Shown one piece after another: positions 1-11,666 of a stretch of 64,000 bases of DNA; position 1 is the stretch's first letter, and each line of letters opens with the position of its first letter. Source of the stretch: Phoronis australis (taxonomy: Eukaryota; Animalia; Phoronida); contig NMRA01000560.1 in the NCBI GenBank assembly GCA_002633005.1, positions 62,001 through 126,000 on the forward strand, in the 5' to 3' direction. A program made the translations under genes and the position numbers. A model generated the notes under the pieces. The model made no database searches, was not told the DNA's origin, and saw only the letters and a list, made by a program, of their open reading frames with translations.

Positions 1-844
1 TTTGATTACATTTTATACTGCAGCTTCTGCTTTAAACAGAATCGTTTCTGAATAATTTTGATATCACATGATAGGTTCATGACCTAATGTAAGCAAAAAA
101 TTATACTAAATTTCCTCATCCAATTCATTGAATACCAAACTAATGCATAAAGTTGAATGATGACTGATCTGAAGTGCGAGTTTATCTATTTATCTGTCAC
201 TGCCAGTCGCATCAAATATGGTAATTTTACACATTGGCGAGAGAAACAACTTTGAAAACTTTTGGGAAATGCACAAGGATGTAGCCAGATATTTAAGAAC
301 CTTAAAAGTGAGGGAATGTGAATGTGTGCAGCAGGCGCTAGATTACCGTATTAGATTCACTTGCCCGAATCATAGTTACAACCCTCGACATATATTGCCG
401 TCGTTAAAGACACTGAGTACATCCACTGCACACAAGAGGGGAAATCCGACAGAGGTTTGAAAAAATGACCAAAGACGTTCAGTCAAGGTTCAACGTCCTG
501 CTTCATGCGAGCTCAGGTAGGAATCATCAAACTCCAGGGTCAGACCCTGAGGATTATTTTTAGAAGCACGCCGTCATTCATGCAAAAATACTTTTATTGA
601 AATAGTGTGATTGCTTATAACTTGAGCGTTATTGCTTAATCATATCTTATTTCAAATGTATTGAAGTATATGCAGTGTATGTATACATTGACATAGAAAA
701 AGGTAGTTATCATAACTTTTCATAATAATCACCGAATGTGTTTAAACATAATACATGACTTCTGCCCATGACGTTGACTTGAGGCACTGAAGGGACAATT
801 TATCTGTTAACCACGTAAAAAACCCGATGTATTTCTGAATTTAG

Positions 845-2260
845 GGTGAACTAACAAAAATACTCAGTGACTGTTGTGTTGGTTCCACAATATCTATCAA
901 GGATGTTGAACCTATGGTCTCCATGTCATACTTGTGCATGAACGATAGTGTATCCTGTGTATACAATGGATTACAAACACACAATTACACAAGTCAGATG
1001 TTTGTTTGGAGATCTGTTATGTTAAATGGTCAACCTTTTGTGCTCATCGTGAAGGTGGGCTCATGTGAAATGCAGAATGGTATTGCTCAACTTTTGGGGT
1101 CATATCACCTGCCATCTACTGTTTTGTTTTATGAAAAAACCAGGATGGCAATGAACTAGGGTTGGGAGATCTTGCTCAGTTGCATTTGGGATTTTAGATG
1201 GCTGTGCTAGAAATTGCATTGCAAATACATATACAGTGGCTGTTACTCAAGCACAATAGAGTAACTAACTCTATTAATACTTCGTTGTTTTTATTCGGTT
1301 GATCCCTATAGCCTGTGACTGTGAACACGCAGCAAAATATATTTCCAATACAGCTGATTGAATATAACTATGAATTTTTAGGAATATGCATAAACTGCCA
1401 GACAAAACCGACTGCCTTAATGAAATTTCAGAATGGGTCAAAAGAAAGGGAGTCAAATTTGGAGCCCATGGATACTGCAGTAACAGTAAGTACTTGTAAA
1501 AATCTGTAACAAGTTTAATTTCGTATTTGCCTAAAATCGGTCAATTCTTTTACGTTCCAATGTTATGAAGAGAAATGTAATGCACAACTCATGCCTTTCA
1601 CAATGAACGCTGACACAAAGGTAGTGCGGATAATTTAAATCGGTCTCAATATTTTCTACATGTGTCATAGTTCTGTTTTATACCTTTGTCCTACTGTCAG
1701 GTACATAGAAATTCATTTGGTAAATTCTTATACTCAAATCTGAATGACTTATTGGTGATGCCTTCACTTTAGCTTGGTATTCATTCTGAGCCGAAATGGC
1801 CACATTAAATTTAATATGTTTAATTTTTTCATTAATACAATTTTAGGAATCAGGGAAGGCTTATGATGAAGTGGCTTCTGCTGAAGTTGGAAACCTGTCG
1901 ATTATTAGTAAAGGTTGAGTATGGAAAAGTTCAAAACCAGCAAGAAGGTGCCATTCTGGACAACTAAGTGAGAGGAAAGAGAGAGGCCGAAAAGTCCACT
2001 GGTCCAAAGTAATTTGTTAAGATGGGCCACTCTCAGCAACTGTGGGGAAACTGTGACAGTTGGATGTAGGAGATATGGCAGAGGAAGTGGAGTATGCATT
2101 GGAAACAGACAACCTGCGCTTTAAGATTGTCAAGGATGTAGCATTGTAAAAATTCAAATGGAGGAAACAGTGCAATAGCTGGACCTGAAAATACTCTGGC
2201 GGATCTGCTAAATCCAGTGGTGGTATTATTATGTCAGCAAAGCTGTGTAGGGAAGTAGGC
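845..2260 (+). pseudogene. Possible heavily decayed DNA-transposon (MULE-like) coding remnant
   Basis: Broken frames give fragments such as LHVILVHER (~920-945) and IGDAFTL..HSEPK (~1750-1800), resembling invertebrate transposase-like proteins. Many stops, no termini found. Confidence 0.2.
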
Positions 2261-2364
2261 TTGTGTATTTTTGAGTCTGTCCTAGCTTGAAGAAATCGAC
2301 CATATGTTTGTTTCGGTCCTCTATTTTAATTGAAACAGAGGTAGCAACCTCGATATAGTAACAC

Positions 2365-2555
2365 TGTCGGTAGAGTTCATAAGTCTACATGTATCGATAG
2401 AGTTACTATGTCTATCGATAGACATATTAAGTCTATCGCTAGAGATACTAAGTCTATCGATAGAGACACTAAGTCTATTGATAACGATAGCAATTATACC
2501 GATAGAGTTAGTAAGTCTGTCGATAGAGATGGTAAGTTTGTCGATAGAGTTAGCA
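2365..2555. repeat. 21-bp minisatellite (~9 units, consensus TCGATAGAGATACTAAGTCTA)
   Basis: Repeated units visible directly, with palindromic core TCTATCGATAGA. Explains the spurious SIDRD-repeat ORF 2408..2599. Confidence 0.85.
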
Positions 2556-2849
2556 AAGGAGAAAAACGTTACCGTGCCGTCCTTTTACAGCCACTGTAGG
2601 AAGGAGTGTGGTTTTAACACTTAACGTTATTTTAGAGCATAGGCGGATTTAGGGTAGTGGTGGAAGGGTAAGGGTCATGGACGCTCTGGACATGATCAGA
2701 AAACGTCAAATTGAGGTGTAACCCAAATTTTTGTTCCAAACTACGGCGTCCTAGATTAGCCTGTGTATGATGATGTGGTTAATAACGATAATGACGAGGG
2801 TATAGTGGGGTGCCAACTAATTTTATCTATTATTGAAATTACTTTCTAG

Positions 2850-3062
2850 GTGATTATAACGTGGCATACAAGAAATCCACGAAAATGAGTTCCACACATC
2901 CACAAGGATATGGAAAGAATGCCGTTGACGGCAACAGAAACCCAAACTATGAAATGTCTTCTTGCATCCATACTGACTCTGATACGTATGCTTGGTGGAA
3001 AGTGGACCTCGGTGAAGACCGTTGGGTCTTGGGAGTAGATATTGTCAACTTGGTCAAGCCTG
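2850..3062 (+). CDS. Exon: N-terminal half of F-type lectin (fucolectin/F5-8 type C) domain 1
   Basis: tttctag| acceptor and |gtaagt donor, 213 bp, phase 1-1. Translation DYNVAYKKSTKMSST..KNAVDGNRN..SSCIHT..AWWKVDLG..V.IVN matches FTL motifs (N.A..K, A.DG, C.HT, WW.VDL). Confidence 0.9.
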
Positions 3063-5757
3063 GTAAGTCTCCGATACGCTTCTCGCGTAAAAAATGTGGT
3101 AAAAATCAATCGTCTGTCGATCAAATTACAATTTACGCCGCTTATTTTAGATATGTTGGTTTAATCCTCAATTATGGTCTCCGACAGGCATACATATGTC
3201 TCCAGTATTAAGAAAACGTCTTTTTAGCGTGCTCAATTTTTGTTTTCATGCCGTAAATTTTGTTTGTTCTGTTTAAAATTTCCCGACAAAATTGCCCGAC
3301 CCATCGGCTGATATTTCACAGCTGGGTCCTGCTCAGTCACTTAAAATCGAAAGTAATTGTGTTTTCCCAATCAAGAAGCAAATTGATTCACGAGTTTTAA
3401 TACAAATTTTGCGTTAAAATTTCAACTGCTGTATTTTCCGTCAAAACTTCAAAAATACCCCCAGTGACTAATTGTAAGGTTTACAACTACACGGCTTTGC
3501 AGGGTGACATTTTGGGGGTAGTGAGAACACAGACTGGACATTAATATACGTGAAGTCACGTGTATCTAGAGCAGCCATTTGGTGTCGCAACTTGCTGCCA
3601 ACAACACGCGTGGTTGTTGGTAGATAAGGCAATTTAGTATATTAACCCTTTTGCTACATCGCATAAAACCCAAGGCCGTAGGAAGCGGGGAACCGGGGGA
3701 AGGGGGTCCATTCCCCTCAAAATTTGCAGGCGTAAGGGTTAAACCATGCAACCGACATAAGCTTGGTGACGGGGAGAATCCAGGTAAGAAATACTACATG
3801 TACGAATACGAATGAGAGAGAAAATTCAAGAGAACATTTTTGCAAGTGAGTATCAGTGCATGGCTTACACTTTGAGAGCCCTGGCCAGGACATTGTTGTT
3901 AGGGTCTCCGTTTTTGATTGAAATTAAACTTATTGCTCGTCAACTTGGAAAATTTCTCCGCCAGTCCGCCAGATGTCGTTTCGCTGTAGACAGCGCCCTC
4001 TCTGTGCCGTCTGCCATTTTGTGCTGGTATCGTTCATTCTATTTAGCTCTCAATAAACCTCAGTGTTCGTCCACAGTTGTTCGTTCTGCATAAACAATTG
4101 CCTTCTGGCGTTGTGACAGCGTTATGTAAAACGCAGTTTACGCCCGATCCCCGTCAATTACCGCAGCGCACGTAAGCTATCCCATTTCAAAGGGGGACGA
4201 GCCAGTTCACACTACAACTGGCCGTCCACACATCTACCGTGACAACTGACATTGTTTTGCACTTTATCCGCACCTGCAACATGACGCAGAGAGCGCCTAA
4301 ACAGTGGCCGTTAACAAAGAACGAAACAATAACAACTTTTGAGGCTTGGCGTCAGAACCTACTGTACATACTCTCCCTTGACAAGATTTTTGCTGACTTC
4401 CTAGTTCACGGCGTGTCATGGAGGAAGAAGAGTCCTACCTCACCTCGCCGGGGTTTGATCGCCGACGGTGATGGCGTCCCTGAAGATCACAGGAGGACTG
4501 CTGCTCAGAAGTGTCAACACCTGGAGCTCCTGCTTGGCCAAGTGGCAAACTACTGCCCAGTAATTTCTCGCAATACCATAGTGAAGAACTCCACATCACT
4601 GGCAAGCCATTCGTTCGCATTACGGCCTACAGTCTACCGGTGCTCACTTTTTAGACTTCAGCAACATCGTCCCCGAAGCTGATGAGCAGACAGAAGGCCT
4701 GTATCAAAGACTCGTCTCATTTATCGAAGACGGTCTACTACAGGCCCACGGTACCATTCCACATCACGACGAAGTAGTCACCGTAGATGAAGAGCTGACC
4801 CCCACACTAGAGAAAATGGTTGTTCTCACATGCTTAAAACCTGATCTCCCTAACCTAGTAAAGCAACGTTACGGCAATGAACTCCGATCTCGTACCCTAG
4901 CCACGCTAAAACCAGAGATCTCTCAAGCTATGGACTCGTTGCTTGACGAAAACAAAACACACTGCAGGTGCTAAGCTACTACGCAACAGTAGTAGCAAAT
5001 TCGACTCCAAACACTCTAACTTCCACACACCCAAACGGACCTCAACCAACAGACCATCGTGCCCCCTGTGTGTGCAACCTCGTCGTGCGGAGACACAGCA
5101 TTTTCTCAGCAAATGCCCATTTCTTCCACCACAAGATCGTCTTTTCATGAGTAAGGCGCGACAACTTACCTGTTTAGTTGACCATAGTGTAGATGACGCC
5201 AATGTGGACGATGACGACGACTGCTCTAACTTTCGAGTGTCACTCCATCGTGTCCGTGTGAACAAGTCTTCTACTTTCAAAGTGTTTTACACTCATCATC
5301 CTGTTGTCCTCACCGTTGACACAGGCGCTGAGACTAATATGATTAAGGCATCCTTCGCAAGGTTCATCGACGCCCCCATCAAACCCAGTACTCAGTGCGC
5401 TTTCCAAGCTGACGACAAGTCACCGTTGTCCGTAGTCGGGGAAACATCACTCACGGTTTCCCGAAATGACCAAAATTGCTCCTCGAGGCGCTCGTCGTTG
5501 ACGATCTGGACGTCGATGTTTTGGCTGGGACCCCATTCATGACTTCCAACGATATCGCTGTTCGACCAGCAAAGCGTCAAATCACGATCCGAGGGACTGA
5601 CATAATCACCTACGGCTCTGGGACAAAGTCTGCCACAACCCCACACCATGTCCGCCTCAAGCCGTCACATCTGTTACGATCGCCGAGGTGCTCCACAATT
5701 TTGTTCCCAGGGGATTTTTTGGAGGTTACCGTCCCACCTGATGTTGATCCTGATGGA

Positions 5758-5889
5758 TTCCTTGCCATTGAGCCATGGCTTGATACTGGCATCCACTCAA
5801 GTAAGCCATGGCCTCAACCTGCTTTCCTTGCCATTGAGCCATGGCTTGATACTGGCATCCACTCAAGTAAGCCATGGCCTCAACCTGCT
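5758..5889 (+). repeat. Perfect 66-bp tandem duplication inside Gypsy pol
   Basis: FLAIEPWLDTGIHSSKPWPQPA encoded twice with identical DNA. Confidence 0.9.
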
Positions 5890-6225
5890 ATAGTTGAGTC
5901 TGTAGGCGGTAAGATTCGGATTGTAAATTCTTCCATGGAACCATACAACATCCCTCGTAACAACCACTTTGGTCAAGTTCGCGCAACCGCCCCGAACTTC
6001 CAGCTAGTCACGGACTCTGTACCACCAACCAGCTCCACGCGTACTGTCACAGAACTTCCCACATCACAGTATTCGAGCTCTGTTGTGTTGACCCTGACTG
6101 TTTGCTGTCACCTGAGACCAGACAACTGTTTTGCAGTGCCATGAATGAGTACAACCAGGTGTTTAGCCCTCGCGTTCCTGGCTGCAATGGTTCTGCCGGT
6201 CCATCCAAGGCTATGGTGAACATGG

Positions 6226-6289
6226 GTCCCGTCCAACCACCCCAGCGTCCCGTCCAACCACCCCAGCGTCCCGTCCAACCACCCCCAGC
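6226..6289 (+). repeat. 21-bp triplication inside Gypsy pol
   Basis: GTCCCGTCCAACCACCCCAGC x3 (PVQPPQR). Confidence 0.9.
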
Positions 6290-7740
6290 GAAAGGGACGT
6301 GTCCCACAATATTCTCGTGACAAACTCGTGGATTTACAAACCAAGTGTGATGAACTTGAGAAGGAAGCTATCTTTCTTCGACGGGAGGACATCGGCATAA
6401 CTGTCGAGTACCTGAATTCTTCTTTTCTAGTGAAGAAGCCAAACGGTAGGTTTCGTCTAGTTACTGCCTTCGCGAATGTCGGTCGTTACTGCAAGCCCCA
6501 ACCGTCCCTTATGCCAGATGTAGATACCGCAATTTGCACCCTCGTATGCTGGAGATACCTCATCGTTACGGACCTCACCAGTGCCAGATACCATTGGACC
6601 GTTCTTCTATGAAATACTGTGGCGTCTGCACTCTCTTTAAAGGAGTGCGTGTCTATGCTGCCATGGGTATGCCCGGCTCAGAAACTGCACTCGAAAAACT
6701 CATGTGTCGCGTCCTTGGAGACCTTCTTCAAGAGGGCAAAGTCGCAAAACTGGCTGATGATTTGTATTGCGGCGCGAATATCCCAGATGATCTCCTTACA
6801 ATATGAACCCGTGTACTCCAGGCCCTAGACAGGTGTAACCTCCATCTTTCACCTACCAAGACCGTCGTTTGCCCAAGGTCGACCACTGTCCTGGGGTGGA
6901 TTTGGTCGGATGGCAATATCTCCGCGAGCGAGCCCTCATCTTATAGCTACACTCTCGTCCTGTCCTAAACCTGATTATGTCTGTGGTTTAAGTTCCTTCA
7001 TTGGTGCCTACAAAGCTCTTGGTCGAGTCCTACCTGCGTGTTCCCAAGCTCTTGCACCGTTAGAAGAGTCAATTGCAGGCATGAAATCCCAGGATAAGGT
7101 ACCATGGAGTGACAGTCTTCGTGATTCCTTCGATCGCGCCCAACAGTCTCTCAAGTCGCACAAGAGCATCTTGTTACGAAGACCCTCAGACCAATTGTGG
7201 ATCGTCACTAGTCATTGAATAGGGGCAACGTTCTATGTCACACAAGAGCAGAAGCTGTGTCTTGCTGCGTTTTACAGCGCCAAACTTGGCAAACACCAAG
7301 TCACTTGGCTCGCGTGCGAGATTGAGGCTCTATCTATAGCTGCTGCCGTCAAACACTTCAGTCTGTTTATTATCCAATCGAAGCACCGTACCTGTCTTCT
7401 CACAGACAGCAAGCCGTGTGTCCAAGCAGTAGAGAAACTATGTAGAGGAGAACTCTCATCTAGTCCTCGTGTAACCTCGTTTCTATCTATTGTCAGTCGC
7501 TACCAGGTTCACTTGTCACACATAGCTGGTTCCTGATCTTCGACGTGTCCATGTTCATCTGAAACAGGGCACTTGTCCTTCTAAGAAGCTCACTTCCTTA
7601 CCAGACGTGAAGCGTTACCTCAGGGTTACCACTATCTCCCGTGATGGTATACTCGTTGTACGTCAAAGCCAACCCCTGTTTGGTGCTTCCAAGATGATTG
7701 TCTTGCCCCGGGCTGTTCTTGAAGAGTTGCTTACTGCCTC

Positions 7741-10640
7741 TTAATTTCTTTACGGGCGTTACATGTAGACTATTTTCGAATTTGTCTCATGTTTTTGATA
7801 ATTTAACGCAAATCACAGCTGTAATATTTAAAATTCTACTTGTGCTTATAACTTCTGCATCAGACACCAGAGGTTAGTTATAAATATTTGCATCCATGTT
7901 TCAATGGTCAATCAATTTAATGAAATCTGTTTGCAGAATCTCCTTTTGATGAAATATTTTGTGTAGTGTGTGTTCTGCAGTTTGAGACCTTAAATTCCAA
8001 AAAAGATATTGCCTATAGCCCTGCGCTTACACAGACCATCGAAAAAGCGCAAATTAGTTTAATGACTTGGGTGTATGCTGGAATGGGGCTCTGAGCGATC
8101 AGTTTATAGGGACCACCAGAAGTGAGGGAAAAGTAGGGAATTGCCCTCAAAGAAGAGAATCTTGAGCTTTGGGCACAAGTTGCCATTTGTCCTACAAGAC
8201 TGGAACGGATCTTGGTGAGATGGAGAGCGGAAACGTTAGATCCTGTACTAAAACGTCTTGATGCACAAGCCCAGGATATTGCACGGGTCTGTTAAAAGTG
8301 GATACCAGCATCGATCTATTGGATCCCAATGTCCAGCCCAAAGACGCAGTGGTGAACATTAGCATGGCAGGATTGCCACTTCAACAGTCAACGTACATGA
8401 AACAATAAGCATGGGGCAGGTAGTGTTATCGCACTTCGAGAAAGGCTGCCAGTACGTTAGGAACACAAGTGGGCAATCACTGATGAAGATCCTTGTCCTT
8501 TAATGTAGAACAAGGATATTGGAGATCGAGACATCCCATGAAGAAGTTTGCTCCATTATTGTACAACAGGACGTGAAATGTGCATATGAACTTAACAAAT
8601 TTTAGGTTGTTTCGGATGTCAAAAAAGTATTTGTCCTTCGTATGCATTACTAAGACAAGGAACAGCTTCAATTACCACAACCATGAAATCACGTAGTAAG
8701 CGTGGAACAGTCGAACACATAAAGTTAACAATGAAAACATGTAGCGATATTGTGAAGTTCTCCTCCCTGCCCATGCGCTGTTGGGGTGTAACACGTTGGC
8801 ATGCTACTGTGGAATTGGAAAGGGATCCATCGTTAAAATATTGAAGGCTGAACATGACCTGTCTGCCATCGGCACTAGAAATGCACATTTTTCTGATGTC
8901 ATGAAACAGGCCACTAAATGTATGTGCGCCTGTTATGGAATGAAGAGAATCAGGAAGACTACTGGTATGGGGAAGAGCAATGGCAAGAAATATATGTCCA
9001 TCCCCAAACTGTCACCGACAACAGAGGCATTCAAAGAGAACGTAAACGTAAACAGAGCCCATTACCAGTCAGTCATGTGGTGGAATGTCACCAGCTCTTC
9101 AAATGTCCCCTCATCGAATACCTGAGAGACTCACTCTTTCGTGCACTCAATGATAACCAATCAATTGTTAACGCTCTCAATTCCTGTAATAATATCCCTA
9201 CTAGAGTTACATTATTGTTCTCAACGAATTCCTCCTAAGCAACGTTAGCAAATTTTTATGTACCGTTTATCAATATTGTTGCATCTGATTTCCCTACACG
9301 AATCTGTACATATTTTTGTTTTACATAACTGTAATAGCATATCTAAGTATTGGAATACTTATTTTAGATACTACTTAATTGTATATACCTCTATGTATAT
9401 AAGTTTCATTTATGAATTGTTTACAACCCAGATATAATGCTTCGTGGTTTCTGGGTTTGTTATTATTTCTTTGTATGTTCTGTATATCCTTCATTAAAGA
9501 TATATCACTTAAAAAACCAGCTCTAGATCCAGAGGATTATGGATGGAAGAAAGATGCCATAAACAAATCATTCTCACCATCTATAATTCCGCATGGTGTG
9601 CAACTCGCTCCTATTGCATACTAGTGGTGATTAGTGTGACCGTAAAGGTCAGATTTCACGAAATTCAAGTAGATACAATTGCAGAGTCAATTTTCTATCC
9701 CGCACAATATTTTGGGCACATTATACTGTAGTCAATAAGCATTTGAAACGTCTTGTGACTGGTGTCCATTCGATAGTTTATTGTCCTGGGTTTATGCAAT
9801 TAATCAAATTTGGTCATCTACTACTTTATATACCCTGGGTATCAGACAAAACTAGAATTTGCTGTGTTGTGTAATAAATTAAAGATTATTTATATTTATG
9901 ATGTAATAACAGATTACATTAAATTCATCAGTAAAATACCAAAATAATTTACATGTGGTGCCCCCCGTAAGAAAGTTACGAGCAGAAACAGAATTTTTGT
10001 TAATGGCTGCCTCTATTTGCATAAATTATGCTTATTCATCGTGCAACTTGCAAACTGATTTCATTAACCTAATTGACCATAGGAAAATAGGTTCAAATAT
10101 CATGAGAGTTTACCTATGGTGCTTGGTACCGCAGCTATAAGCACAAGTAGATATATGCACAAGTAAAATTTTGAATAATGGCATAAATTATGCAAATTGA
10201 CAATGTATTCACCAAAAAACTTGCACTATTGAATTCTTTGACCATAGAAACATGAGTAGAAACGTCAAAATTATTTGGCTGCAGTGCTTGGTAAGGAAAT
10301 TCTAAGCAAAAATAGAATTTTACATAATGGCTGTCTTAGTTTGCATAAATTATGCAAATTGACAATGTATTCACCTAAAAAGTAGCATTATTAAATTTGT
10401 TGACCATGAAAACATGGATAAAACGTCAAAATTATCGGGCTTCAATGATTGGTTAGGAAATTATAAGCAAAAATAGAATTTTACTTAATGGCGACCTTAA
10501 TTTGCATATTTAAAAAGATGCTCAAGGGTTGCGAACGGTCACCCCCTTAAATCATGGTTACTTAACCCTAAGCTACATGAAACTGCAAAGAAAAAACTTT
10601 ATCTGGCAAAACCAGGTTCAGCCCCCTGGCTCCCGGACTA
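7741..10640 (+). mobile_element. Decayed 3' part of an Academ (AcademX-like) DNA transposon
   Basis: Fragments GIALKEENLELWA, HALLGCNT...GIGKGSIVKIL (XPG/PIN-like H3TH), LSPTTEAFKENV..RAHYQ...W, PALDPEDYGWKKD..KSFSP....GVQLAP. ~160-bp subterminal repeats at 10000-10510. End CCCCCTGGCTCCCGGACTA (reverse complement TAGTCCGGGAGCCAG), consistent with an Academ TAG terminus. Confidence 0.7.
9085..9516 (+). mobile_element. Short 5'-truncated non-LTR retrotransposon 3' end nested in Academ
   Basis: Separates ...HYQSVMW from PALDPEDYGW. Begins with an HQLFKCP zinc-knuckle remnant and ends ATTAAA...AAAAAA. Confidence 0.45.
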
Positions 10641-11444
10641 TTTTACTCTGTTTACACATTTCTTAATCATATTACGTCGCTGAACGACTTTCCCGTGAGA
10701 TTTACCTTCACGCTCTGGCTGCAGTCTGGTGGTTAAAAACAGAAAGTTGCCTAATAAGATGACCTGAAATAGCGACTTGTGAGCATTCTATCGTTGTCAC
10801 GTAAATAGTGCAACGAGCGCCCCAGTTCTACTTAACTTAGGGAGAGAGTACGCTAACGTGAATGGAGATAATTTCACATTTTTATTATTTGTTTTATGTT
10901 GTTTTTTTGTTTACAATGTACTAAATGTAACGTTGAGATACTTTTTAACTTGAATCTGCCATTGACTGATGAGCAGACGAGACGATTACACTTTGCCGGC
11001 AACGACATTTGTAACGTTGGAAAGTCTTTGATTTGATTTGGTCACGTTGTATTTGTTCTGTTTTTGGCTTTCAAACTTGCCGAATCGACTCTCTTAATTG
11101 CGAAAATTAGGGAAAAGCCATCCAAGCTCACGGCCCGACTCGCTGGTCCTGGAGGTCACCTCTTGTTTTATGTTAGATCGAGTCGAGACTGGGTCTAAGG
11201 GGTTGTGGGTCGTGGGTAGAGGGGTCGTGGAGTGTGGGGGTCGAGCGGGGCTTAGAACAATCCTTTATTATTTCTCTTCTCCAAAAAAGTCATAGGTATT
11301 TTATTGGACTTTCTAGGTCTGTGTCAAATCTTTGTTTCTATTGGCAAATGGACAATCATGGCAAAGTCATTACTTTATATTACCTTGTAGTCGCGACTCC
11401 CGTTTAATACGCCTATGGTTCCAGTGTCATTTTTTCACTTTCAG

Positions 11445-11666
11445 ATGACTGCAAACACAGCAACGCAAAAGATGCCTATTCTGGTACTGCACGACGGACC
11501 AGTGACCACGGACAACCGTGCGTTAATTGGTACGAAGGGAGTGCCAGATTTCGTGAGCTTCCTGAAAATTTTTGTCGAAATCCTGACGGCGAGTCCGTTG
11601 GACCTTGGTGTTATTCGAGAACAGGCGGAAGGGATTGGAGGCCTTGTAACATTGCAAAATGTGGAA
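11445..11666 (+). CDS. Exon: complete Kringle domain
   Basis: ttttcactttcag| acceptor and |gtaagt donor, 222 bp, phase 1-1. Translation DCKHSNAKDAYSGTARRTSDHGQPCVNWYEGSARFRELPENFCRNPDGESVGPWCYSRTGGRDWRPCNIAKCG has six Cys and the NFCRNPD/PWCY signature. The ORF track reads the wrong frame here. Confidence 0.93.

Larger units (their letters stand above)
3974..7740 (+). mobile_element. Decayed, 3'-truncated Ty3/Gypsy-like LTR retrotransposon
   Basis: Putative short LTR TG..CA with AATAAA (3974-4096). Gag MTQRAPKQWPLTKNETITTFEAWRQNLL from 4281, protease LTVDTGAE (~5310), RT ([33 protein letters not shown]), RNase H ([22 protein letters not shown]). Breaks off at the start of the integrase region; frameshifts and stops throughout. 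Confidence 0.9.

Noticed and set aside
2408-2599. Repetitive ORF MSIDRHIKSIARD...; possible CRISPR-like array
   Set aside because: Contiguous 21-bp minisatellite with no unique spacers, no cas genes, and a eukaryotic context.
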